A DNA stretch of 64,000 nucleotides, taken from NCBI GenBank assembly GCA_009859145.1, contig VRVR01000012.1, positions 310,001-374,000 on the forward strand, in the 5' to 3' direction. The translations under genes were made by a program, and so were the position numbers. Within the stretch, counting starts at the first letter, position 1; each line of letters opens with the position of its first letter. The stretch is from Andalucia godoyi And28. Its lineage: Eukaryota > Protista > Jakobida. Below the pieces are notes generated by a model that saw nothing but the letters and a program-made list of their open reading frames with translations, had not been told where the DNA came from and did not search any database. Of this stretch, positions 43,954-53,422 are shown piece by piece.

Positions 43954-44165
43954 GTGTGAAAATATAAGTATATATATATATAAGTATATATACGTATAAA
44001 GAAATAATAATATAACAATGGAAAATAAATGAAGCGTTTACGGGGATTTTCCCTTCTATCAAAGGAAGTGCCGAAAGGCCCAAGAAAGCCAGAGAGGCCT
44101 GTTCCGGGGATCTGTCAGTCCGTTCGTCAATCAGTCAGGCAGTCCGTCAGTCAGTGGGACAGTAA

Positions 44166-44240
44166 TCGATTACCTACGCCCACATTATACACTCAACATG
44201 CATATCTATGAAGAGACATGCATATTCAATCTTGCATCCG
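44166..44240 (-). ncRNA. Candidate omegaRNA scaffold (3' end of the Fanzor remnant)
   Basis: A 13-bp stem (two G-U pairs on the minus strand) with a 6-nt loop starts at the ORF stop, 16 nt from the right-end repeat. The position matches where TnpB/Fanzor omegaRNAs are encoded; expression is untested. Confidence 0.4.
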
Positions 44241-44574
44241 ATCAATCGGTGAGCTGCACGCGGGACATGCAAACACTTTTTTGTTTCCGCCTCGACGTGC
44301 ATGGATCTCACCGCAGCGCCCGCACGTTTTGGACGTGTATTCCGCACCGAGCCACTTTCTCAGCGTGACACGTTGCTCCTGAGAAGGGTGCATTTGGATT
44401 CTGACGGCCCTAGCAGCAGGCGCTTTCGTGTCCTCAGTTGCAGCGATTGGTGCAACTGGAGATACGAGAGGAAGAGGCGGTAGGAAGACGGTGGGGTTTT
44501 GCGACTGCGACTGCGACTGCGACTGCGACTGCGACTGCGCCTGGTGCACTGGTAGCAGAAAACCACGAGTTCTG
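44226..44574 (-). pseudogene. TnpB/Fanzor2 nuclease remnant (N-terminal motif fused to zinc finger; RuvC-I/II deleted; RuvC-III degenerate)
   Basis: AVRIQMHPSQEQRVTLRKWLGA (TnpB kIrlyPt.eQ...L..w.G) is joined directly to EYTSKTCGRCGEIH..GGNKKVFACPACSSPIDR; QNSWFS lies upstream in a shifted frame. Confidence 0.85.
44500..44539. repeat. (TGCGAC)6 hexamer microsatellite inside the Fanzor remnant
   Basis: Direct reading; encodes QSQSQS in the remnant frame. Confidence 0.95.
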
Positions 44575-45193
44575 CAAGAGACGGTCCCTGAGGCTTCTGC
44601 TTGGGGTTGGCTACCCTGCGTGCTGGGGATTGGAGATCGTGTCTTGGAAGTTCGCCTCTTGGCAGCGCGCTGAACGAATGATAGAATAGATGGCTACGCG
44701 TAAGCACGAATTCCCTGTGAAAACAGACGTGCTAGTGTCGGCCAGTATTGGCCGTGTCTGTTTATGTATACTCCCCCGTATGCATGACAATGACGCTCGA
44801 TTACCTACGTTTGACAGCTTTTTGTGCATGAACATTGAACATCAAACGAACAACATGTTTGCTTTTTAATAATAATGGAACCCCTCAAGCACCTCCTCGT
44901 CAAAGACAAAGCATCTCATGGCTCCAAAGAAGGGATCTTTCCAAAAAAATCAAAAAGGGCCTGCCCGAAGATTCCGAGAACCAAGAAACCCCTTGATCCC
45001 CTCTCGCTGGGGGGCGGGGAACAAGAAGATCAGCGTCAGCAACGAGAGGCTATGAGAAGCGGCGCAGAGGTGAAATACCATTATGAGAAATACAGGAAAA
45101 GAAACAAAACGAAAGGAAATATATATAAAACAATCTGAGAATCACCAAAATATAATCATGCAAAGGTGAGTGTGCCCCAACAGACAATTCTAA

Positions 45194-47525
45194 TTAGAAA
45201 ACAGGGTTGTCTGCGCGATCGCGAATGAAGACCCACTCTTCTTCTTTTTGCTGTTTGCGCATGTCAATTTCGCCATTGAAGATGGAGACTTCTTTTTTCC
45301 ATTGGGCAATCTCGGCCTCAACTCCGTCCACTGCGGCGCAAGATGCAATTCGCTTGTGCAGCGGAATGGAGCTGCGAGGCGAAGCACCGGAGTTGGAATC
45401 TTGCATGCCGGTGGAATGCGAAGGTGGAGCGTGCATCATTGAAGATACAGAGGACTTGGGAGTATTGGACGATTTGGATGGCGACGCAGGATTGACGGGC
45501 GCTGTTGCGGCGGAGACCGAAAAAGAAAGACCCAGTGGAATCTTTCGTTCTGCGAGAAGCCAGGTGGCGAGCTCTTTCAGCGACACTTTGAATCGCGACG
45601 CAAGTTCGCACAGGATTCGCTGCACCGAGTGGAGCAGGAGCTCCACATCCGAAAACTGCTGGGCCACACATTCGTAGAACTCCGAAGGAGAAAACAGCAA
45701 ATCCTGATCCGTTAGTTTCCACAGCAGCTTGCGAAACTTCATGATGGCTGCTTCTTCATGCTGCCGTCGGAGACTGAGGACACTACGATCAACTCTTGGA
45801 AAGACGGAACGAGAATTGTCCTTTGCGCTTGACGGTGGCTTTGGAGTCCCTGTTGTGGATGCAGGTGAGTCGCTCACGATGGCTTCCATGCCCAGCGAGG
45901 CTTGCGAGAAGCTGTGAAGCAGATCCGGATGCTTGAACACATCCAATCCTGAATTCTGCGTTTGCAAGAAGGCAGTGTTCGGGACATCATCGACAGTCGC
46001 AACCTCAGATTGGGATTCAGAGTGCACGCTGGTGCGACGAGAAGTGTGCAGTTCCCAGCTTGAGGAAGGCTTATCGACATGACAGTGAATGAATTCAGAA
46101 ATCATGACAATGCGATTCCTTGACCGTTCGGCAGCTTCCTCTTCGTTGATGCCTGTTTGCACCTTTTCCCGCGTTTTTGCGAGCGCTTCTGAAGCGGAGT
46201 ATGACTAGTGCGCCAAGCATCGACAATCGGGAAAAGGAGAGGGTGGGTGAGGGTGGAGGGGAAAGGAGGCAATTAGAATGAGAATCAAAATACCAAACAT
46301 GGCCACGGGGGATAGCTAGCAGTACCAGATACAAAAAGTGAATGGAGAATACATACAGAAGTATCTAGAGATACGAACTTGCGCATAAAGAGAGCAGGAG
46401 CTTCCCTGATAGCCTCTCGAACACCGTCAGAGACCAGTCGTGCAACGCGCATGTTACGCTCCGTCATTGCGCCTTGGAACGCGGCGATCTCGTCCTTCAC
46501 ATCGAGTCCCCTTTTCCTCAGCAAGCCCACGTCGCGTGCAGACTGAATCAGAGGAACGTTACTCACGTGTTCCGACCACTTCAGAGCCTGGTCATCGTCA
46601 GGAGACTCGGAAACGACTTCCGCGTGGCGCTTGCTGCCAAACCCCAGGCCTCTTGAAGAATGGCCTGTGTGCTTCCGCGAGGTAGCCAATCTCAGACTTG
46701 GCATGTCTGCAAACGGGGCCTCCTTTTTGGCAGGCGCATTGACGCTTCGTAAGTCCAGTTTTGGGAGCTTGGGGATGCTGCTGAGAGCAGCGACCGAGGG
46801 CCGCGGTGAGCCGCGCAAATCAGTTCCATCATATGGGATGAAGCCGCACCTTGCAAGCTGAGTCCGAGCATTGGAAGCCTTGACCAGATCCACAAATTCC
46901 TTGTTCGACGAAGCAGGATCCGCATACAGATTTTCGTTCTGCTTCAACTGACTCACAACAGACGACGTCGCAGGCGGCTTAATCCGTTTTTGCACCGGCA
47001 GCCCGTGGCTTGCATCGCCACCCCCATCTGCAATCGATACTTCCACTCTTCCTACTGCTGGTGATGCTGTCAATTTTCCAGTTCGCCTCTTTCTACCATC
47101 TCCAACAGTTCTGAACATGTCATGCGTTCGAGAATACGCAGCAGGATCCACTTGTCCAAGGGCCTGATAAGGCACGTTTCGCGGACTCCAAAAGCCAGTC
47201 GTCTTTGCATGCTCCGGCATCTACACGAACACGTCGAACCAGAGAAGTGCATACCGTAAGAAACACCAACCGACAAACACAGAATTGGGGATAGCGCAAT
47301 TCGATAACGCAAAGCATCCAATTCAAAAAATATACATTCGTTATTTAAAAAAAGTAATAAAGAAGAAAAATAAATAAATGAAACGAATAAGTAACAACAT
47401 ACAGTGTATTTGAAACCGACTGTGGTTCGCGGCGTCATTGCGACTGCGGTGCAGATGCCTGGAGGGTTGCATATTGCTTTCCGAATTTGTACTTTCAAAG
47501 GAGATTCATAACTATCGTCTGCCAT
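45194..47525 (-). CDS. Hypothetical protein, about 665 aa; join(47525..47403,47220..46357,46204..45194)
   Basis: Two GTATGT...TAG introns join three ORF segments in phase 0. Confidence 0.7.
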
Positions 47526-47954
47526 TCTCGACCATTTCAAATCCTTATTATTACTACTACAATAATTACTAATATTTCTCTGACGGTTGTTATTTCATGA
47601 GAAAAGCATTTGACAAGAAGAGCGCAGGCAGCCGAGATTCCAAACGTCGGGGATTGCATGGATTGGGTGGAGAGGCTTTCGTCAAAACATATTCACCGAC
47701 TTGAGGAGTTTTTGGGCCTTTGATGCTTGAGACCTGCGGCGCCTGAGAGAGGTGGGGGGGGGGGGAGCTCCACCGGTCGTAATCTGGAGTTGCATGGGTT
47801 CCGCACTTTCCATAAGCTCCAGCTTATCAAAGGACGTTTTTTTGTATTCTTACTGTTTTGGTGTATTAGTGTTGCTGTTGTTGCTGTTGCTGTTGTTGCT
47901 GTTGGTGAGAGGTGGATCAGGTTGAGTGGATAGAGAGACAGAGAAAGAGAGAAG

Positions 47955-49046
47955 ATGTTTGTTCGGGGTTCTGTGAGCAAGGCAGTACGCACTGGAGTTT
48001 GTGGACGGATGTTCTCGTCTGGACCGAGTCCGCTTCTTGTGTCGGACCCGGACCCGTCATTTGGACCTGCAACGTCGATGAATATGTTTTCCGCGATTAA
48101 TGACGCGATGAAGCTTACGCTTGAGCGGGACAAGACGGCAGTGATATTCGGAGAGGATGTTGCGTTTGGAGGAGTGTTCCGCTGTACGATGGGTCTTCGG
48201 GACTCGTTTGGAGCGCACCGTGTATTCAATACGCCGCTCTCGGAGCAAGGAATTGCGGGATTTGCAATTGGGCTGGCTGCGATGGGTGTTACTGCGCTTG
48301 CAGAGATACAGTTTGCAGATTACATCTTTCCTGCGTTTGACCAGATCGTGAATGAAGCGGCAAAATACAGGTACCGATCTGGGGGGATGTTCGATGTTGG
48401 TGGGCTTGTGTTCCGCACACCGTCATCTGCGGTGGGACATGGTGGCCACTACCATTCGCAGTCTCCCGAGGCGTATTTTGCGCACACTCCGGGACTGAAG
48501 GTTGTTACTCCGCGATCAGCAATTGAGGCAAAAGGCCTGCTTCTTGCATCGATTGCGACGAGAGATCCAATCATCTTTTTGGAGCCAAAGATCCTGTATC
48601 GCGCGTCGGTGGAGCAAGTTCCGACAGGATACTACACAATTCCTCTTGGAAAGGCACAGGTTGTGAAGACGGGTTCCGACGTGACGGTTGTCGGATGGGG
48701 ATCGCAGATGCATGTCCTCAACAGGGCCGTGAAGATGGCGGAGGAGAAAGAAGGCATCTCGTGCGAGCTCATTGATCTCAGAACAATCATGCCGTGGGAC
48801 AGAGAGACCGTGCTCAACAGTGTCAAGAAGACGGGAAGACTCGTTGTGGCGCACGAAGCCCCCGTAACCAATGGCTTCGGATCCGAAATCGCTGCCGCTA
48901 TGCAGGAGCACGCATTCCTGCATCTTGAAGCTCCAGTTGTGCGAGTCTGCGGTTATGACACTCCTTTCCCCTTGTCACACGAACGGTTCTATGTCCCAGA
49001 CGTCCTCCGCTGCTACGAAGGAATTTCCAAGGCTGTTCATTATTAG
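47955..49046 (+). CDS. BCKDHB: Branched-chain alpha-keto acid dehydrogenase E1 beta subunit, mitochondrial
   Basis: Presequence ending RMFSS; [61 protein letters not shown]. Confidence 0.97.
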   Translation: MFVRGSVSKAVRTGVCGRMFSSGPSPLLVSDPDPSFGPATSMNMFSAINDAMKLTLERDKTAVIFGEDVAFGGVFRCTMGLRDSFGAHRVFNTPLSEQGIAGFAIGLAAMGVTALAEIQFADYIFPAFDQIVNEAAKYRYRSGGMFDVGGLVFRTPSSAVGHGGHYHSQSPEAYFAHTPGLKVVTPRSAIEAKGLLLASIATRDPIIFLEPKILYRASVEQVPTGYYTIPLGKAQVVKTGSDVTVVGWGSQMHVLNRAVKMAEEKEGISCELIDLRTIMPWDRETVLNSVKKTGRLVVAHEAPVTNGFGSEIAAAMQEHAFLHLEAPVVRVCGYDTPFPLSHERFYVPDVLRCYEGISKAVHY

Positions 49047-49190
49047 ATTGCTGTTTTTGTTTTGTTTGTGTTTTACTTTTAAAATGAAGAGAGAAAAAGA
49101 GAAAAGAGAAGGAAGAAGGGAAATGCAACAAATATTTCCTCTATAAATTATATAGGTCCGCTCCGAATTACGTTCAACACTTGACACGTC

Positions 49191-52100
49191 TTAAGAAACG
49201 TCATATTCGACAGAGTCCGGCTGCAGAAGCTCCACAGACGACGCCTCGCGATCGAGGCCTTCCACGAGCTGTTCCGGGGCGGACACATCAAGAGCACCGA
49301 CACTCGGGAAAAGATTCACGTACGACGCAATGCTGCACAGTTCCCCGGACTGCAACAGGAACGCCATGAGGTTGCCAGAAGCAGCCACATGCATGCCGTC
49401 TCTTGTCAGAATGTCGTGGGCAAAAAGAAATGGCTCTATTTCTTGGTACCGGGATTGCGCAATGGACACTTCTTCGAATACATCCGGCAATTTTTCAGCC
49501 AGCGCACTGCAAACCTCGGCTTTGTTCCATGCACCCTTTCGCTGCAGAACGCTCACCAGTGCCAAAAACAGAATGCAGGAAACTTCAGAACGCAGCTGTA
49601 CGTTCGAATCTGAGAGAACGGGTTCTGTTCTCTGTTTGGAATATCGATCCAACAACACGGATACAAGGTGGTAGCCCTTCACAACGGATTCCTCCATGCG
49701 TGTGGCAGCAGCATCCGCTGTCACAAGCCGAGGCTTCTTGGCAGGAGCCGGGCGGAGAGGCGCGCCGCCAGATGGATCTTCACTGCGGCTGGCAAGATCC
49801 AACAGTCGCTTCGGAACGATTGCACGAAATGGGATGCTGCGCCGTATGCTCTCGACCACAACATTCCTTTCCTGCAACTTCAAAAAGTCTTTGCTTTTCC
49901 CGACGTGCTGACAGGTGATCATGATGCTCGTGACCGAGGCTCCAGGTTTCTTCCCGCCCACCCACGACAACGCTTCGTTCAAATCATTCGATTCATACAC
50001 AACCTTGATACGCTCTGCAAACGGTGCAAATGCCGACTCCATCTTTCGAAGAGCATACTCATTTCCGTTGAACTTGAAATTCATGTATCGACTCATGTCA
50101 GAGGATGACATGATTTGATCATAGCCGGTCTCTTTGAGCACACACATAAAATACAGCAAGTGCGGAATGAACGTCTTCTTGTTTGGAAAACGCACGTTGT
50201 GCGAACTGATGATCCGCTGCACTTCTTGGATGTATCCAAGCTCCTCAACAGTCGTGTAAAAAGACAAGTACTTGGACAGCACGTCGGGAATCGTGGAGGA
50301 TCGGCCAGAACCGGCGGTCGTTTCAGCTCTGGAACAATCTGTCGTTGACGTGAAGCTAGTGGATGGCGGTGAAGAAACTGTTGTTGCGCTTGGAATTGCA
50401 GGTGCAGAATCTTCAGAACGGGGGAGGCTATTCGCGACAACCACATCTTTCGGGGCTTGAGACTCGGAAGAGTGTATATAATTTGGGTCAGGAAGATGAT
50501 TTGACGCCCCTGGTGCTCTAACTGGAGCCCAACAGAACGCCTTCACAGCAGCGGAAGCAAGCGCCGATGACAGATTCGACTGCGATACCAGCGATGGAGC
50601 GGTGGCAGGGACAGGAGAAGCCGGAGCACAACGGAAAGCGGTATCGTCGTCCAAGGATTGAAACACGGAGGAAACGGCAGCAGTCCCTGCTGCTGGTGGA
50701 GCAGCTGGAGCCGAGATGCGAGACTGCGATGTTACTGCCAGCGGAGTCGCTGGAATAGGCAACAACGACAGATCTCGTTTTTTGAGCGCAAATTTGATTG
50801 ACGTCTTGAAGACGATAGAGAGGGCTGAGTTAATGGCTGAGCATCCATCGTTCCACGAGTAGAATCCCGAAGGCATCGTCGTCAGGAACCCTAGGATTCT
50901 AATCCCAGAGAACGCCGAGTGGAAGCGGTCCAGGTCAGGAGACTGCGAACCAAAAATTGCGAAGCAAACGTCGAAAGCTTCCGATTCTAAAAATGTTCCC
51001 AGTAACGTGGAGCACGCAGCAGCAGCAACAATAACTTTGCGAAGACAAAACTCAACGTTGCGCGAGTCTGCGGAAATAAGCAACCCAAGAACCGTGGACT
51101 CGAGTTGCAGAAGTTCACCAACATTCGTGATTTCAAAACTGAACCTCGGGGGAACGAAAGACGAGCCAGTGACGGAGGCGGTCAAGGGCAACTGCAGCTT
51201 TCGATTACCGGACTGCACAGGGGTAAAATTATGACCTGTCGGTAGCAAGACATCGCTGTCTGTCCCACGTTGCATGGCTCGACAGAATTTTTCTGCAAAA
51301 TCTCGAGCAGACACTTTCGGAAAATGCGGAAACGATACAGAAGGGATGCAAAGCGGTCGCCGTTCTTGGAGAGCATGCCGGAGAGGATCCAGCGCCGCGA
51401 TGCCAGCCAATGGATCCACGGTAGGGGAAAATTCTGGGACAAGCTTGAACATCGCTGCGATGACCTGCGGATGACTGACGTTCAACGAGCATGTTCTCGA
51501 TAATTGTTCATAGAAGAGAAGATCTCTTTGTACCATGACGGCCACAAGCTTGTCTTTGACCCCAACTTCCAGTCGTTCAATCCCATGTTTGGTCATAGTT
51601 CGCCTGAGGACATCGCCAAAAGGGATAGCACCACGAACCTCGTTCTTCATTTCTATCAATGTACTGACGACTGCAGTCACGTTTATAGGCTCTGGAAACG
51701 GATCCGGATCCACGTTGATCGGTTTGCTGTACCGCACCATCAGCGAGTACGCATTGGAAGAACTGCCCTTGTCATTTCCTTTCGGGAACGAAACTTCTCT
51801 AATTTCAGAAAAGTCTATGCTGGAAAAGAAGTTCCCTTCCATCACCTTGCTCGTTGATACAAACACGTACGAAAGGAGAAGCGGATTGCTCCCAGAGGAC
51901 ATTGAAAGCGCTGTACGGAGCACAATGTGGTCTTCGGACAGCACAATGACGCAGTATTTCGGTTTGGCAGACAGCACAATATGGTGTGGCTTTCCAGCGT
52001 GTGAGGGCTGGGCGACCTCCTGTGCCTGTGGAGGCACAAACAATTTTTTCGACCCGGTCATCAGTTGTTGCCGCACCTTCACAAAGCGGACTGTGCGCAG

Positions 52101-52367
52101 CGCTGACTGGAGAAATCCCGGATGTCTGACAATTGCATCGTAGAATTCGTCGTAGATGTCTCCCAGTCCCGATGACTTGGACTGAGGGTCAACCGGCGGA
52201 AGAAGAATACGAATGCTCGTCAGCCTGCCGAACCCTTTCGAAAACGTCAGCAGCGATCCAATCCACGGACTCTTCACAAATCGATGCACGGTCGAGTGAG
52301 TGGGCCTTTTGACCGACGCCGGACAGCTCGCTAGATCCCAGTACACATGAACTTCTGCACCATTCAT
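49191..52367 (-). CDS. Hypothetical protein, 1058 aa, with an NYN/LabA(PIN)-like N-terminal motif
   Basis: Starts VHVYWDLASCP (NYN consensus VFWDxENCP); remainder unrecognised. Confidence 0.7.
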   Translation of the reverse strand: MNGAEVHVYWDLASCPASVKRPTHSTVHRFVKSPWIGSLLTFSKGFGRLTSIRILLPPVDPQSKSSGLGDIYDEFYDAIVRHPGFLQSALRTVRFVKVRQQLMTGSKKLFVPPQAQEVAQPSHAGKPHHIVLSAKPKYCVIVLSEDHIVLRTALSMSSGSNPLLLSYVFVSTSKVMEGNFFSSIDFSEIREVSFPKGNDKGSSSNAYSLMVRYSKPINVDPDPFPEPINVTAVVSTLIEMKNEVRGAIPFGDVLRRTMTKHGIERLEVGVKDKLVAVMVQRDLLFYEQLSRTCSLNVSHPQVIAAMFKLVPEFSPTVDPLAGIAALDPLRHALQERRPLCIPSVSFPHFPKVSARDFAEKFCRAMQRGTDSDVLLPTGHNFTPVQSGNRKLQLPLTASVTGSSFVPPRFSFEITNVGELLQLESTVLGLLISADSRNVEFCLRKVIVAAAACSTLLGTFLESEAFDVCFAIFGSQSPDLDRFHSAFSGIRILGFLTTMPSGFYSWNDGCSAINSALSIVFKTSIKFALKKRDLSLLPIPATPLAVTSQSRISAPAAPPAAGTAAVSSVFQSLDDDTAFRCAPASPVPATAPSLVSQSNLSSALASAAVKAFCWAPVRAPGASNHLPDPNYIHSSESQAPKDVVVANSLPRSEDSAPAIPSATTVSSPPSTSFTSTTDCSRAETTAGSGRSSTIPDVLSKYLSFYTTVEELGYIQEVQRIISSHNVRFPNKKTFIPHLLYFMCVLKETGYDQIMSSSDMSRYMNFKFNGNEYALRKMESAFAPFAERIKVVYESNDLNEALSWVGGKKPGASVTSIMITCQHVGKSKDFLKLQERNVVVESIRRSIPFRAIVPKRLLDLASRSEDPSGGAPLRPAPAKKPRLVTADAAATRMEESVVKGYHLVSVLLDRYSKQRTEPVLSDSNVQLRSEVSCILFLALVSVLQRKGAWNKAEVCSALAEKLPDVFEEVSIAQSRYQEIEPFLFAHDILTRDGMHVAASGNLMAFLLQSGELCSIASYVNLFPSVGALDVSAPEQLVEGLDREASSVELLQPDSVEYDVS

Positions 52368-52776
52368 ATCCGTATACAGCGTCGGTCACTCTGACATCCT
52401 TCACAAAAGATTTTAATAATTATATGAATAATCCAACGCCACAGTCAATGGTCATCCGTACACTAACACATGTGCTCATTTCTCAAAAACAAAAACGACG
52501 TCGAGCTCGTACATAATCCAAATGAAAGACTTGCCTGTTATGTTCTGCTTTCACGAGGTGGAGTTGATGCTTGGCTGGGTTCATTGAGGCTGGCTTTTCG
52601 GTGGATTTTGTCGTTACTAAAAAAGGCAATTTTTCCCGACAAAAAACGGCGAAATTCCCCGATCATGGTGGAATAAGGGGTTTGGTGCGTCTTTGTTTTT
52701 CAACGCCCTGCAAAAAGAAGAAAAAGAAGAAGCAGACGAAGCAGCTGCTTTCTGCTTTAGCGAATTGACTGTGGAA

Positions 52777-52986
52777 ATGAGCTCGCACCAAGGCGCGGAC
52801 AAGGCCAAGAGTGGGAGTGTTGATCCGTGCGGAGTGCTTTATGATCTGTATATGAAGTGCGTGGATTCGAAGGGAGGCCATCTGAAGATGAACGATTGCG
52901 AAGACGAGGCTGAAAAGTACAAGGAGTGTCGCAAAGCTACCCGATCAGCCAAGAGAGCTACTTCAACCACCACCACCATCAAGTAG
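52777..52986 (+). CDS. Small twin CX9C protein, 69 aa (Cmc/Cox19/Mdm35-like intermembrane-space protein)
   Basis: C-GVLYDLYMK-C and C-EDEAEKYKE-C; ATG at 52777. Confidence 0.75.
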   Translation: MSSHQGADKAKSGSVDPCGVLYDLYMKCVDSKGGHLKMNDCEDEAEKYKECRKATRSAKRATSTTTTIK

Positions 52987-53422
52987 CTGTAAGAGCGACG
53001 GACAGTGGGGCAGTGGTGACCCCTCCCTAAGACGGACTATCCTGTTGACGACAGCAGCTGTGGGGGGGTTGTGCTTCTTTTGCGGCACCTTGTCCTCTTT
53101 AGCTTCTTGTAGAGGAGGATGGTTCATAAAAAACCAAAGTAAAATATTATCGTCATTATTTGCTTTCCCTCTGAGCCTTTCGCAGTGAGCAGCACGGATT
53201 CGCCCCCCCCGTGCGAAGGATCGTGGATGACAGCCCTTAGGGAAAGACGGCTGTTGATGGATTCCGACATTCATCGGGGCCGGATAGGAGCAAACAAAAG
53301 GGCTCTTGCTCAAAACAGCAACGAACAAAACAACGCTTCCGAAGCTCCAAAAGAGCGTCCGTTATTCGCCATTTGCATTTCTTGGAGGACTGCATGCGTG
53401 CTTTTCGCAAAGAGAAAGTTTA

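Larger units (their letters stand above)
44166..44809 (-). mobile_element. Non-autonomous, internally deleted Fanzor2/IS607-TnpB-type element bounded by 13-bp direct repeats
   Basis: Contains a TnpB remnant; tcgattacctacg at 44166-44178 and 44797-44809; subterminal hairpins at 44195-44226 and 44721-44763. Confidence 0.75.

Noticed and set aside
44875-45138. 87-aa plus-strand ORF next to the Fanzor element, considered as a TnpA remnant
   Set aside because: No serine-recombinase (YaRVS) or HUH motif; it lies outside the direct repeats; low-complexity basic sequence
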